This document shows, piece by piece, positions 1-13,431 of a stretch of 64,000 nucleotides of DNA. Under the pieces are notes generated by a model. It saw only the letters and a program-made list of their open reading frames with translations, did no database searches and was not told where the DNA came from. The translations under genes were made by a program, and so were the position numbers. Numbering within the stretch: position 1 is the stretch's first letter; each line of letters opens with the position of its first letter. Origin of the DNA: Lingula anatina (taxonomy: Eukaryota > Animalia > Brachiopoda). Location of the stretch: assembly GCA_051362555.1 (NCBI GenBank), contig CM120645.1, forward strand, positions 17,856,001-17,920,000, read 5' to 3'.

Positions 1-168
1 TTACACTTTTAATAAAACTATGGCTTATGGCATATCTACTCAGGCTATTTGTGGGTAGATGCCGTTTACTTTATTTACCTGGCCCGAAGAATTTTCTTTT
101 TGATTATGTCATATGTACATTCAGTTGCCTTAGTGTGACCTTATTAGTTTCCTTTGTCTTTAGTTACT

Positions 169-1532
169 ATGCCTCCCAAGGCCACTCCCGGGAGGAGTAG
201 GCGGCCGAGGATGTCGGGTGTCTCCAATGCGCGCTCAGTTTCCAGCATACGACGACCGGCTGCGGCATCAACTGCTACTAGAAGCAAGAGGCCGAGACCC
301 ACCGCCGCACCTACTTCAGAGACGGAATCGACCTCTACTACACCTGTTATCGACTATGATTTGTTGGCACAGCGTATTATTGCTCACCAAACTGCATCAA
401 ACACAGAGATGTCGAGCGCTTCTTCTTCCGACCCCTCCCTTCAAGAGGCTCATGTTCAACAGCAGATACACAGTATCAGTGGTCTGATCGACAATGTTTT
501 CACAGGTGAGAGTCATGCCACTTCAGCTCTACCTGTAGATTTAACTGATGGCATTCCTTTAGGAGCTTTAATTCCACCCAAATTGAAGCAAAAGATTTGG
601 AACAATGAGTTTATAGATTTCCGGCTCCTTCTTCCCTCCAACCATAATGATGATTTCGCTATCAAGGTCCAGCCAATGAAATTTGAAGTGATCCATATGC
701 CCTCGCAGAAATCGCCGATTACGCTTTACCAATGGACGGATGCCTTTTTTGTCTTTTCAGCGATTTTCTTACAAAAATTTCCAAACGAGTCTGTGAACTT
801 ACTTAAGTACGGTTCAACTATTAGAGAATTAAAGGGATAATAACTCTTCGTATAAGATCTATATTTCACAATCAAAACATTGTGAACAACTCATAGAAAT
901 ATAATATATTCTTTTGTACCACAAAAACTGCAGTTATAGCTATTATTCTGATATCTGAGCTTGTCTTTAGACCACGTGACCTCCATTGATGGCTATACTC
1001 TGTTATAATCTCTTAAGAGATTTTAACAAAAAACCAAACTTTCTAGAAAAAAACCAGGGACTAACTTTGAATGTAGAAATGGATTCATTAACCATTGGTA
1101 AATATGGGAAAATTGTTGTTTACTCCAGGAAAATTAATTTTTTGGCCAAAACAAAGAGTTATTATCCCTTTAAGTAAGCTTCCCAATGCTAATGCTTGGC
1201 GTATTTATGATGACGCCTTTCGCAAATTACGAGCAACATCACTGGTCCCGTGGGAAAAAGTTATCCCCGAGTTACGGTTAAAAGTGGCAACCATGAATGT
1301 TTCTCCCCCTTTTCTACGTCCATTTCGTCAAGGCGTCTGTTTTGCCTTTAATCGGGGGGAAAAATGTGTCACTAGTCCATGCAAATATAAGCACTGTTGC
1401 CAGCACTGCCAGGGATCACATCCTAGAATCAAATGCCGCACCCACCCTGCCCAGTTGCAGTCTCCGCCCACAAAATTGTCTCCCAACTCCAATAAACCAT
1501 ACCCAGTTACAGCTGGAACTTCAAGGTTATGA
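169..1532 (+). pseudogene. gag-like ORF1 of the YR retrotransposon, interrupted by a MITE (340 aa if the MITE is removed)
   Basis: ORF 154..840 (ATG at 169; WTDAFFVFSAIF...LLKY) and ORF 1095..1532 (AWRIYDDAFR; Cys/His cluster CFAFNRGEKCVTSPCKYKHCCQHCQGSH) join in frame as IRELSKLPNANAW once 833-1173 is excised. Confidence 0.88.
833..1169. mobile_element. 337 bp MITE with TTAA target-site duplication (Kolobok-type RR..YY termini)
   Basis: Perfect 16 bp TIR AGGGATAATAACTCTT / AAGAGTTATTATCCCT, with TTAA at 829-832 and 1170-1173. AG...CT termini with TTAA fit Kolobok rather than piggyBac (CC...GG). Confidence 0.85.
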
Positions 1533-2899
1533 TCCTCATAAGGTTATTTTTCTCATCAATGGTATTTCCAAGGGTTTCCGCCTACATTGCACCGCTACTC
1601 CTAGTATTCACACTCCTCATAATCATTTATCAGCACGTGCTCATCCTGGTGCGATTTTGGATTACATTGAATCGGGTTTATCTTCTGGGCGGATTGCTGG
1701 CCCATTTTTTACTCCCCCTCTTACAGATTTTAAATGTTCACCATTACACGTTATTCCTAAATCTGAGCCTCAAAAATTCCGTGTTATTCACGACCTTTCC
1801 TATCCCCACCTGGACTCGGTTACTTCTAATATTCCCATTCTCTTGGAATGGTTTATTTTATTATGAGAAATGTTTGCCCATGGGTGCCAGCTGTTCGTGC
1901 CAAATATTTGAATCACTGAGTACAGCTCTACAATGGATTATGTTGGAAAAATTTCATGCCTCGGCCATGTCCCATATACTGGATGATTTCTGTTTCATTG
2001 GACCACCCATGTCCAATAAGTGTCAGGTTGATTTACAAAATTTTCTTGCCTTATGCAAACGGATTAACATTCCCATTAATGCAAAGAAAACATTTACTCC
2101 AACCACTTGTTCAACTATTTACGGCATCGAAATAGATTCACTGCAAATGGTAAGTCGTTTGCCACAGGACAAATTGAACAAGTGTTGTGTTTTAGTTTCC
2201 CAGCTTTCTTCCAGAAGAAAGGTACAATTGAAAGAATTACAATCTCTTATCGGTCTTTTAAACTTTGCCTGCTCAGTTGTAGTACCGGGCAGAGCTTTCT
2301 TACGCCGCTTAATTGATTTAACTCTGGGTGTTAGGCGCCCGCGTCATTATATTCGACTCAATAGTGAAGCACGAGCGGACCTAGGCATGTGGCTTCATTT
2401 TTTACGTCACTTTAATGGAAAATCAGTCTTGCTACCATCGTCTTGGCAATCGTCTGATACCTTACACTTGTTCACAGATGCCTCGGGGTCGATAGGTTAT
2501 GCGGCGGTCTTTGGCTGTCATTGGTTCTTTAATGAATGGGATGAGGTAGCTGCACTTTGGCATATCACAGTCAAAGAACTGTTTCCTATTGTTATTGCTT
2601 TGGAAATTTGGAAATCTCAGCTGATCAATAAGAAGATTCTTTTCCTTTCAGACAACCTGGCTGTTGTACATATTATCAACAAACAGTCTAGTAAAGATAA
2701 GTTAGTTATGTGTTTGATTCGGCGTTTAGTTTTGGTATGTTTAACGCATAATATTCTCTTTAAAGCCAAACACATTCCTGGTAAATGTAACGTTGTTGCA
2801 GACAAACTTTCGGGCTCTCAATTTCAGGAGGCGAGGGTCACATTCCCACTTTTGGACCTAGAACCGACTCCCATTCCCCATCACTTGTTGCGGCTTTGA
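1297..2899 (+). pseudogene. Reverse transcriptase-RNase H (pol) with a frameshifting internal deletion
   Basis: N-part in ORF 1297..1866 (GRIAGPF, SPLHVIPK, KFRVIHDLSYP). C-part in ORF 1529..2899 (CLPMGASCSCQIFE, HILDDF, RNaseH LFTDAS, KELFPI, SDNLAVV, HIPGKCNVVADKLS). The frames switch at ~1835-1840, where the RT motif-A region is missing. Confidence 0.9.
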
Positions 2900-3804
2900 C
2901 TCCCACCACTCAACTACTTTTGCAAGCTTCATTGTCAGAGGGTACACGAACAGCTTACAAGCGTTCCTGGAGGCTTTTCCTTTACAATAACCCTACCTCC
3001 TCTACTTTGCCATTGACTCTACAAGACATTTGTAATTTTATTGGGTTTCTTTACGAACAACAATATAGTGCTAGCTCTATTGTATCTCACATTTCAGCTA
3101 TTAGCTACCTACACAAATTAATGAATGTGTTTGACCCTACTCAATTGTTTCTAGTGCGGAAATTGTTACAGGGGTGTCACAAAGTGCTCCCTTCCAAGGA
3201 CGCCCGCTTACCCATTACTAGAGATATTTTATTAAAAATCGTCTTTTCTATGGAAAAAACGGTGCCTTCGGCCATCAATCGAATACTATTGAAAGCTATT
3301 TTTTTAGTCAGTTTTCATGCCTTTCTTCGCTTGGGAGAAATCACAGTTAAAACACGCAATGAATCGTCACAGGTGCTCCAAGTTCAAGACGTATCCTTTC
3401 ATTTAGTCACAGATCCCCCAAAAGCCCATTTAACCTTCCGGCATCATAAAACTCAGAAGGGAAATGAACCCTTAACTATCATTCTGACAGGTACATCTCA
3501 CCCTGTACTTTGCCCGGTTCAAGCCTTGATACATTATCAAAAAATGTTTACGCATACTTTTGGTCCTTTCTTTCAGTTTATTGATGGAGCGCCGGTCACT
3601 TATTCATATGTTACCTCAGAATTATCTAAAGCCCTTGCTTTTGCGGGATTGGATATCAGCCGTTATAAAGGCCATAGCTTTCGGATTGGGGCAGCCACGT
3701 ATGCTGCCCAATTGGGATATTCCGAATCCCTTATTCAAACACTTGGTCGTTGGCATTCCAACGCCATGCAAAAATATATCCGCATTAATTCTTTTAACCT
3801 GTAA
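2896..3804 (+). CDS. Tyrosine recombinase (YR/integrase) of the retrotransposon, 302 aa, open
   Basis: Motifs AFLRLGE, GHSFRIGAAT and LGRWHSNAMQKYIR (R-HxxR-W-Y catalytic set), plus the upstream R-LPIT motif. Overlaps the pol stop. TTG start. Confidence 0.93.
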   Translation: MTPTTQLLLQASLSEGTRTAYKRSWRLFLYNNPTSSTLPLTLQDICNFIGFLYEQQYSASSIVSHISAISYLHKLMNVFDPTQLFLVRKLLQGCHKVLPSKDARLPITRDILLKIVFSMEKTVPSAINRILLKAIFLVSFHAFLRLGEITVKTRNESSQVLQVQDVSFHLVTDPPKAHLTFRHHKTQKGNEPLTIILTGTSHPVLCPVQALIHYQKMFTHTFGPFFQFIDGAPVTYSYVTSELSKALAFAGLDISRYKGHSFRIGAATYAAQLGYSESLIQTLGRWHSNAMQKYIRINSFNL

Positions 3805-4330
3805 GCATATATATCTATATGTATTTATCTATGTATGTGTGTCCACTTATTTACACCTGGACATGTAGTTTCTCCTTTAGAGATATAGACGGTCTTGTTT
3901 TTCATAATTTTTTTGTATTTTATGTTAAAAAAAAAAAAAAAAAAAAAATGTTAACGGGATGGGTCACCATTTTATTACCTTTTACCCTATTGGGCTCCCC
4001 TATTTTTATTCATGGTTGCCAGTTTCTATTCCTTCCCCCCAATCAACTGTACCTTTTCTTTCTAGGATGTGGATTTGCAGTTACACACTAAATTTTTATT
4101 TAGTAGCACATAGTTCAGATGTCAGATCGAATGTGGTTTATCATTCCAATCTTTAACAAGCACTCCTCGGTTGGCGGGGATGTGAGCTTCTCTCACATCT
4201 TATGGCCTTTTTATTTTTATTTGTGCCAACTTTTTGCTCCTTAAGCTGTTGTTATTACTTATAATTTTCTTCATTAATTTGGTAACACTTATTACACTTT
4301 ATTAATTTTATATTATGGCACTTATATAGT

Positions 4331-4401
4331 TGGGGAGATGTTATATTATCTCCCCAGTTTTGTAACTACGTATTTTATTAGCTTCGTCATTAATAAATGA
4401 C
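4331..4401 (+). promoter_or_regulatory. Conserved 3' hairpins and AATAAA signal of the YR element
   Basis: Stem TGGGGAGAT-8nt-ATCTCCCCA (4331-4356) and stem GTCATT-AATA-AATGAC overlapping AATAAA (4386-4401). Both are retained in the related element at 26770-26845. Confidence 0.5.
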
Positions 4402-7400
4402 AATTATCAATCATATGGACTTTTCTTATTTACTTTGGAGCAAAAACAGAGCTTCGTTGTGCTTGTTAACATTTGGCTACATAAAAATAAATATTAACAG
4501 GTACAGTGATAATAACATGCACAATAATCAAAATGAATACAAACAAACACAGTCACAATACAGACATACACAGTGATTAGAATAAATTTTAATATGTCCA
4601 GTGACCACAGAACCATGCATAGTAACAAGAATAAACACAAATTAATCGGGTGATTACACAGTCATACACAGTGATCACAATATATATACAAACACATTCA
4701 ATGACAATACAGAATGGAAACAGTGATCAGAGTATAAACAGACACATAAACTATAATAATAGTAACAATACCAACATGCACAGTTAAAATAATGACTAAA
4801 AATAAATAAACAGACAAAACTGACATCCACATTGCTGACAATAGATATAAACACAAACAGTGCCAACGCTAAAATGCACAATGATCAAAATGACTACAAA
4901 TAGAGTGACAAAACTGACATACACATTGCTCACAATAAATACAAACACGAACAGTGACAAAACAAACATGCACAGTAATCAAAATAAATAAAAACAAGCA
5001 CAGTCAAAACACAGACATACACAATGATTAGAAAAAAAATTAAATGTACAATGACAACAGTAACGTGCCACATAATGAGAACAAACACAACGAAAAAATG
5101 TAAAAAACATAGCTGCACACAGTCATCACAGTATGTACAAACTCATTCAGTAACAATACAGAATAGACACAGCAAACAGCATATAAACAGACACATAGAC
5201 ATACAGTGACAACACCATCATGGAGAGTAATAGTAATGATTACAAACAAATAAGAGTGACAAAACTGACATACACAGTGCTCACAATAAATACAAACATC
5301 ATCAGTAACAACAGCAACAAACACAGTAATCAAATTAAATGCAAACAAAAACAGTCACAAAACAGACATACACAGTGATTAGAAAAAAATTTCACATGTA
5401 GTGACAACAATGACATTCACCATAATGAGAATGAACACAAGGAAAAAGAGTAAAAAAATTTCAAACATAAAGGGACAACAGTAACATTCACCTTAATGAC
5501 AATGAACACAAGGTAAAAGAGTGAAAACGAAATCGTAAACAGTCATCTCGATATGAACAAACACATTCAGTAACAATACAGAATAGAAACAGCACACAGC
5601 ATATAAACAGACACATAGACATACAGTGACAACACCATCACACACAGTAATAGTAATGATTACAAACAAATAGAGTGACAAAACTGACATACACAGTGCT
5701 CACAATAAATACAAACATCAACAGTAACAACACCAACAAACACAGTAATCAAAATAAATACAAACAAACACAGTCACAAAACAGGAACACAGTGATTAGA
5801 AAAAAATTTCACAAGTACAGTGAAAACAATGACATTCACCATAATGAGAATGAACACAAGGAAAAAGAGTAAAAAAATTTCAAACATACAGGGACAACAG
5901 TAACATTCACCTTAATGACAAGAACACAAGGTAAAAGAGTGAAAACGAAATCGTAAACAGTCATCTCGATATGAACAAACACATTCAGTAACAATACAGA
6001 ATAGAAACAGCAAACAGCATATAAACAGACACATAGACATATATTGACAACATCATCATGCAGAGTAATGGTAATGATTACAAACAAATAGAGTTAAAAA
6101 ACTGACATACACAGTGCTCACAATAAATACAAACACGAACAGTGACAACACAAACATGCGCAGTAACCAAAATAATAAAAACAAACACAGTAAAAATACA
6201 GACAAACACAGTAATTAGAAACAAATTTCACTTGTACAGTGACAACAGTAACATTTACCGTAATGAGAATGAACACAACGAAAAACAGTGAAAACAAAGT
6301 TGTACACAGTCATCTCATAATGTACAAACACATTCAGTAACAATACAGAATAGACACAGCACACAGAATATAAACAGACACATAAACATAGTGACAACAC
6401 CATCATGCACAATAATAGTAATGATTACAAACAAATAGAGTGACAAAACTGACATACACAGTGCTCACAATAAATACAAACATCAACAGTTACAACACCA
6501 ACAAACACAGTAATAAAAAAAAATACAAACAAACACAGTCACAAAACAGAAACACAGTGATTAGAAAAAAATTTTACATGTACAGTGACAACAATGACAT
6601 TCACCATAATAAGAATGAACACAAGGAAAAAGAGTAAAAAAATTTCAAATGTACGGGGACTACAGTAACATTCACCTTAATGACAATGAACACAACGAAA
6701 AACAGTGAAAACGAAGTTGTACACAGTCATCTCATAATGTACAAACACATTCAGTAACAATACAGAATAGACACAGCAAAGAGAATATAAACAGACACAT
6801 AGACATACAGTGAAAACACCATCACGCAGAGTAATAGTAATGATTTCAAACAATTAGAGTGACAAAACTGACATAAACAGTGCTCACAATAAATACAAAC
6901 ATCAACAGTAACAACATCAACAAACACAGTAACCAAAATAAATACAAAGAAACACAGTCACAATACATTCATACACAGTGATCAGAATAAATTTTGACAT
7001 GTACAGTGACAAAAGTAAGATTCACCATAATAAGACTGAACAAAACGAAAAAGAGTGAAAACGAAGTTGTACACAGTCATCTCATAATGTACAAACATAT
7101 TCAGTAACAATACAGAATAGACACAGCAGACAGAATATAAAGAGACACATAGAGATACAGTGACAACACCATCATGCAGAGTAATAATAATGATTACAAA
7201 CAAATAGAGTGACAAAACTGACATAAACAGTGCTCACAATAAATACAAACATCAACAGTAACAACAGCAACAAACACAGTAATAAAAATAAATGCAAGCA
7301 AAAAGTCACAAAACAGACATACACAGCGATTAGAAAAAAAATTCACATGTACAGTGAGAACAGTAACATTCACCGTAATAAGAATGAACACAACGAAAAA

Positions 7401-10400
7401 CAGTGAAAACGAAGTTGTACACAGTCATCTCATAATGTACAAACACATTCAGTAACAATACAGAATAGACACAGCACACAGAATATAAAGAGACTCAGAG
7501 ATACACTGACAACACAATCGTGCAGAGTAATAGTAATGATTACAAACAAATAGAGTGACAAAACTGACATACACAGTGCTCAAAATAAATACAAACACGA
7601 ACAGTGACAACACAAACATGCACAGTAACCAAAATAAATAATACAAACACAGTAAAAATACAGACAAACACAGTAATTAGAAACAAATTTCACATGTACA
7701 GTGACAACAGAAACATTTACCGTAATAAGAATGAACACAACGAAAAAGAGTGAAAACGAAGTTGTACACAGTCATCTCATAATGTACAAACACATTCAGT
7801 AACGATAAAGAATAGACACAGTAGACAATATAAAGAGACACAGAGATACAGTCACAACACCATCATACAGAGAAATAGTAATGATTACATAGAAACAGTC
7901 ACAATACAGACATGCACAGTGATCAGAATAAATTTTAACATGTACAGTGACCACTCAACCATGCATAGTAACAAGAATAAATTAAAACAAACACAGTAAA
8001 AATATAGACAAACACAGTAATTAGAAACAAATTTCACTTGTACAGTGACAACAGTAACATTTGCCGTAATAAGAATGAACACAACGAAAAACAGTGAAAA
8101 TGAAGTTGTACACAGTCATCTCATAATGTACAAACACATTCAGTAACAATACAGAATAGACACAGCAAAGAGAATATAAGAGACACAGAGATACACTGAC
8201 AACACCATCATGCAGAGTAATAGTAATGATTACAAACAGAGTGACAAAACTGACATACACAGTGCTCACAATAAATACAAACACGAACAGTGACAACACA
8301 AACATGCACAGTAACCAAAATAAATACAAACAAATGCAGTCACAAAACAGACATACACAGTGATTAGAAAAAAATTTCACATGAACAGTGACAACAGTAA
8401 CATTTACCGTAATAAGAATGAACACAACGAAAAACAGTGAAAATGAAGTTGTACACAGTCATCTCATAATGTACAAACACATTCAGTAAACAATACAGAA
8501 TAGACACAGCAAAGAGAATATAAACAGACACATAGACATACAGTGAAAACACCATCACGCAGAGTATAATAGTAATGATTACAAACAAATAGAGTGACAA
8601 AACTGACATAAACAGTGCTCACAATAAATACAAACATCAACAGTAACAACACCAACAAACACATAAACAGTGCTCACAATAAATACAAACATCAACAGTA
8701 ACAACAGCAACAAACACAGTAATCAAAATAAATGCAAACAAAATGTCACAAAACAGACATACACAGCGATTAGGAAAAAAATTCACATGTACAGTGACAA
8801 CAGTAACATTCACCGTATGAACACAACGAAAAACAGTGAAAACGAAGTTGTACATAGTCATCTCATAATGTACAAACACATTCAGTAACAATACAGAATA
8901 GACACAGCACACAGAATATAAAGAGACACAGAGATACACTGACAACACAATCATGCAGAGCAATAGTAATGATAACAAACAAATAGAGTGACAAAACTGA
9001 CATACACAGTGCTCAAAATAAATACAAACACGAACAGTGACAACACAAACATGCACAGTAACCAAAATAAATAAAAACAAACACAGTAAAAATACAGACA
9101 AAAACAGTAATTAGAAACAAATTTCACTTTTACAGTGACAACAATAACATTTACTGTAATAAGAATGAACACAACGAAAAAGAGTGAAAACGAAGCTGTA
9201 CACAGTTATCTCATAATGTGCAAACACTTTCAGTTACAATACAGAATAGACACAGCAGACAGAATATAAAGAGACACAGAGATACAGTGACAACACCATC
9301 ATACAGAGTAATAGTAATGATTACATACAAACACAGTCACAATACAGACATACACAGTGATCAGAATAAATTTTAACATGTATAGTGACCACACAACCAT
9401 GCATAGTAACAAGAATAAACACAAATTAATCGGGTGATTACACAGTCATACACAGTGATCACAATAAATAGAAACATCAACATAAAAAAACTGACATAAA
9501 CAGTGGTCAAAATAAATATTAACAGGTACAGTGATAATAACATGCACAATAATCAAAATGAATACAAACAAACACAGTCACAATACAGACATACACAGTG
9601 ATTAGAATAAATTTTAATATGTCCAGTGACCACAGAACCATGCATAGTAACAAGAATAAACACAAATTAATCGGGTGATTATACAGTCATACACAGTGAT
9701 CACAATATATATACAAACACATTCAATGACAATACAGAATGGAAACAGTGATCAGAGTATAAACAGACACATAAACTATAATAATAGTAACAATACCAAC
9801 ATGCACAGTTAAAATAATGACTAAAACTAAATAAACAGACAAAACTGACATCCACATTGCTGACAATAGATATAAACACAAACAGTGCCAACGCTAAAAT
9901 GCACAATGATCAAAATGACTACAAATAGAGTGACAAAACTGACATACACATTGCTCACAATAAATACAAACACGAACAGTGACAAAACAAACATGCACAG
10001 TAATCAAAATAAATAAAAACAAGCACAGTCAAAACACAGACATACACAATGATTAGAAAAAAAATTAAATGTACAATGACAACAGTAACGTGCCACATAA
10101 TGAGAACAAACACAACGAAAAAATGTAAAAAACATAGCTGCACACAGTCATCACAGTATGTACAAACTCATTCAGTAACAATACAGAATAGACACAGCAA
10201 ACAGCATATAAACAGACACATAGACATACAGTGACAACACCATCATGGAGAGTAATAGTAATGATTACAAACAAATAAGAGTGACAAAACTGACATACAC
10301 AGTGCTCACAATAAATACAAACATCATCAGTAACAACAGCAACAAACACAGTAATCAAATTAAATGCAAACAAAAACAGTCACAAAACAGACATACACAG

Positions 10401-12386
10401 TGATTAGAAAAAAAATTCACATGTAGTGACAACAATAACATTCACCATAATGAGAATGAACACAAGGAAAAAGAGTAAAAAAATTTCAAACATAAAGGGA
10501 CAACAGTAACATTCACCTTAATGACAATGAACACAAGGTAAAAGAGTGAAAACGAAATCGTAAACAGTCATCTCGATATGAACAAACACATTCAGTAACA
10601 ATACAGAATAGAAACAGCACACAGCATATAAACAGACACATAGACATACAGTGACAACACCATCACACACAGTAATAGTAATGATTACAAACAAATAGAG
10701 TGACAAAACTGACATACACAGTGCTCACAATAAATACAAACATCAACAGTAACAACACCAACAAACACAGTAATCAAAATAAATACAAAGAAACACAGTC
10801 ACAAAACAGGAACACAGTGATTAGAAAAAAATTTCACAAGTACAGTGAAAACAATGACATTCACCATAATGAGAATGAACACAAGGAAAAAGAGTAAAAA
10901 AATTTCAAACGTACAGGGACAACAGTAACATTCACCTTAATGACAACAACACAAGGTAAAAGAGTGAAAACGAAATCGTAAACAGTCATCTCGATATGAA
11001 CAAACACATTCAGTAACAATACAGAATAGAAACAGCAAACAGCATATAAACAGACACATAGACATATATTGTCAACATCATCATGCAGTGTAATGGTAAT
11101 GATTACAAACAAATAGAGTTAAAAAACTGACATACACAGTGCTCACAATAAATACAAACACGAACAGTGACAACACAAACATGCGCAGTAACCAAAATAA
11201 TAAAAACAAACACAGTAAAAATACAGACAAACACAGTAATTAGAAACAAATTTCACTTGTACAGTGACAACAGTAACATTTACCGTAATGAGAATGAACA
11301 CAACGAAAAACAGTGAAAACAAAGTTGTACACAGTCATCTCATAATGTACAAACACATTCAGTAACAATACAGAATAGACACAGCACACAGAATATAAAC
11401 AGACACATAAACATAGTGAAAACACCATCATGCACAAAAATAGTAATGATTACAAACAAATAGTGACAAAACTGACATACACAGTGCTCACAATAAATAC
11501 AAACATCAACAGTTACAACACCAACAAACACAGTAATAAAAAAAAATACAAACAAACACAGTCACAAAACAGAAACACAGTGATTAGAAAAAAATTTCAC
11601 ATGTACAGGGACAACAATGACATTCACCATAATAAGAATGAACACAAGGAAAAAGAGTAAAAAAATTTCAAATGTACGGGGACTACAGTAACATTCACCT
11701 TAATGACAATGAACACAACGAAAAACAGTGAAAACGAAGTTGTACACAGTCATCTCATAATGTACAAACACATTCAGTAACAATACAGAATAGACACAGC
11801 AAAGAGAATATAAAAAGACACATAGACATACAGTGAAAACACCATCACGCAGAGTAATAGTAATGATTACAAACAAATAGAGTGACAAAACTGACATAAA
11901 CAGTGCTCACAATAAATACAAACATCAACAGTAACAACATCAACAAACACAGTAATCAAAATAAATACAAAGAAACACAGTCACAATACATTCATACACA
12001 GTGATCAGAATAAATTTTGACATGTACAGTGACAAAAGTATGATTCACCATAATAAGACTGAACAAAACGAAAAAGAGTGAAAACGAAGTTGTACATAGT
12101 CATCTCATAATGTACAAACATATTCAGTAACAATACAGAATAGACACAGCAGACAGAATATAAAGAGACACATAGAGATACAGTGACAACACCATCATGC
12201 AGAGTAATAGTAATGATTACAAACAAATAGAGTGACAAAACTGACATACACAGTGCTCACAATAAATACAAACACGAACAGTGACAACACAAACATGCAC
12301 AGTAACCAAAATAAATAAAAACAAGCACAGGCAAAACACAGACATACACAGTGATTAGAAAAAATATCAAATGTACAGTGACAACA

Positions 12387-12740
12387 TGTAGGGGTCTATG
12401 TTCCACCCTACCCAGGTTTTTCTAATATTTTGCCTTTCACTGATGCATGGGAGAGGGAATATAACCAGACTCGCATATTCAGTTCCAAGTCTAAAAGTCT
12501 TTATTAGGTCCCAACATTCAGCATTTATACACATTATCTACAGGGAATCTATCTGCATGCCACAGTGGCAGCAACTCATTTAAATACTAATTGCAATGCA
12601 ATAGATAACAAGCGAGAGCTTCTACTTTTAAGTTATTTCATTCAAGACTGAAGCAAGGTGAATGATAATATGCTGACTGACTGTATAAACATAATATGTA
12701 AATGAGTGATTTCATCACATGCATTTAGTGGACCTTAACA
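12387..12740 (-). repeat. 3' LTR (354 bp) of the Gypsy-like element
   Basis: Imperfect terminal IR (TGTAGGGGTC vs TGTTAAGGTC). On the minus strand TATAAA (~12525) precedes AATAAA (~12502). The LTR abuts the PPT GGAAAAAGAAGGAACA. Confidence 0.78.
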
Positions 12741-13431
12741 TGTTCCTTCTTTTTCCACAAAAAAAATTATGGTTACATAATTTTTTGAAATAAAGATTCC
12801 ACAGCATACTCAAAGATAAAATTTAAACAGCTAAATACTTATACAAAATATCTATCTCATGATTCAATTAAAAAAAAAAAAATTAAAATAGATATCATTA
12901 CTTTTACTAACAATTGTAATAAATTCAGTTCGTTGTCTATTCCATTGCTGTACAAAGACGTCATTATTCTAATGAAATTTAATTTGAATTTTTATGCTTC
13001 CAAAATATTTTGACAGAGATAAATGTCCAGTTATCATACAGATTGTTTAAACAGCTTTTCTAATGGACTGTACATTTAAAATCTCATCAGTTAAACAATT
13101 CAGTATCAGGTATATCATGAAACTGTATTCTTTCTTCCATAATACATATCTTGGGAATCTCCCTACATGTTGGAAATTTACCATTTTTGAATAAAAAAAC
13201 CTACTGTCACATATTCTTTATAATTCAATTTAACCTTATCTGTAAACACAATTTATGTTATTATTTTCAAATATGTAAGTCATGAATCATTTGGTGCAAT
13301 TTTACTTAAAACATTGAAACAAGAATATTAAATACTGAGCCAAGTGTAAAATATAGATCTATAAATCCCCTGAACCTACAGTACAGCTCTAACTGATGCA
13401 CTATCCTTTAACTGAATAAAAAAAATCGGGT

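Larger units (their letters stand above)
1..4483 (+). mobile_element. Tyrosine-recombinase retrotransposon (DIRS order, Ngaro-like proteins), defective; 5' end probably upstream of the window
   Basis: Overlapping gag, RT/RNaseH and YR ORFs in DIRS/Ngaro order. The 3' end ...CATTTGGCTACATA joins satellite sequence (AAAATAAATATTAACAGG) at ~4483. The same terminus occurs in reverse at 26693. Confidence 0.92.

Noticed and set aside
1-35. Weak similarity to 4292-4322 (TTACACTTT...TTATGGCA) suggesting Ngaro split direct repeats
   Set aside because: Short, AT-rich and does not extend. It cannot be evaluated without upstream sequence.
1529-1835. Hydrophobic N-terminus of the 456 aa ORF suggesting a membrane protein
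   Set aside because: Off-frame translation upstream of the RT deletion. The true pol N-terminus is in the 1297..1866 frame.
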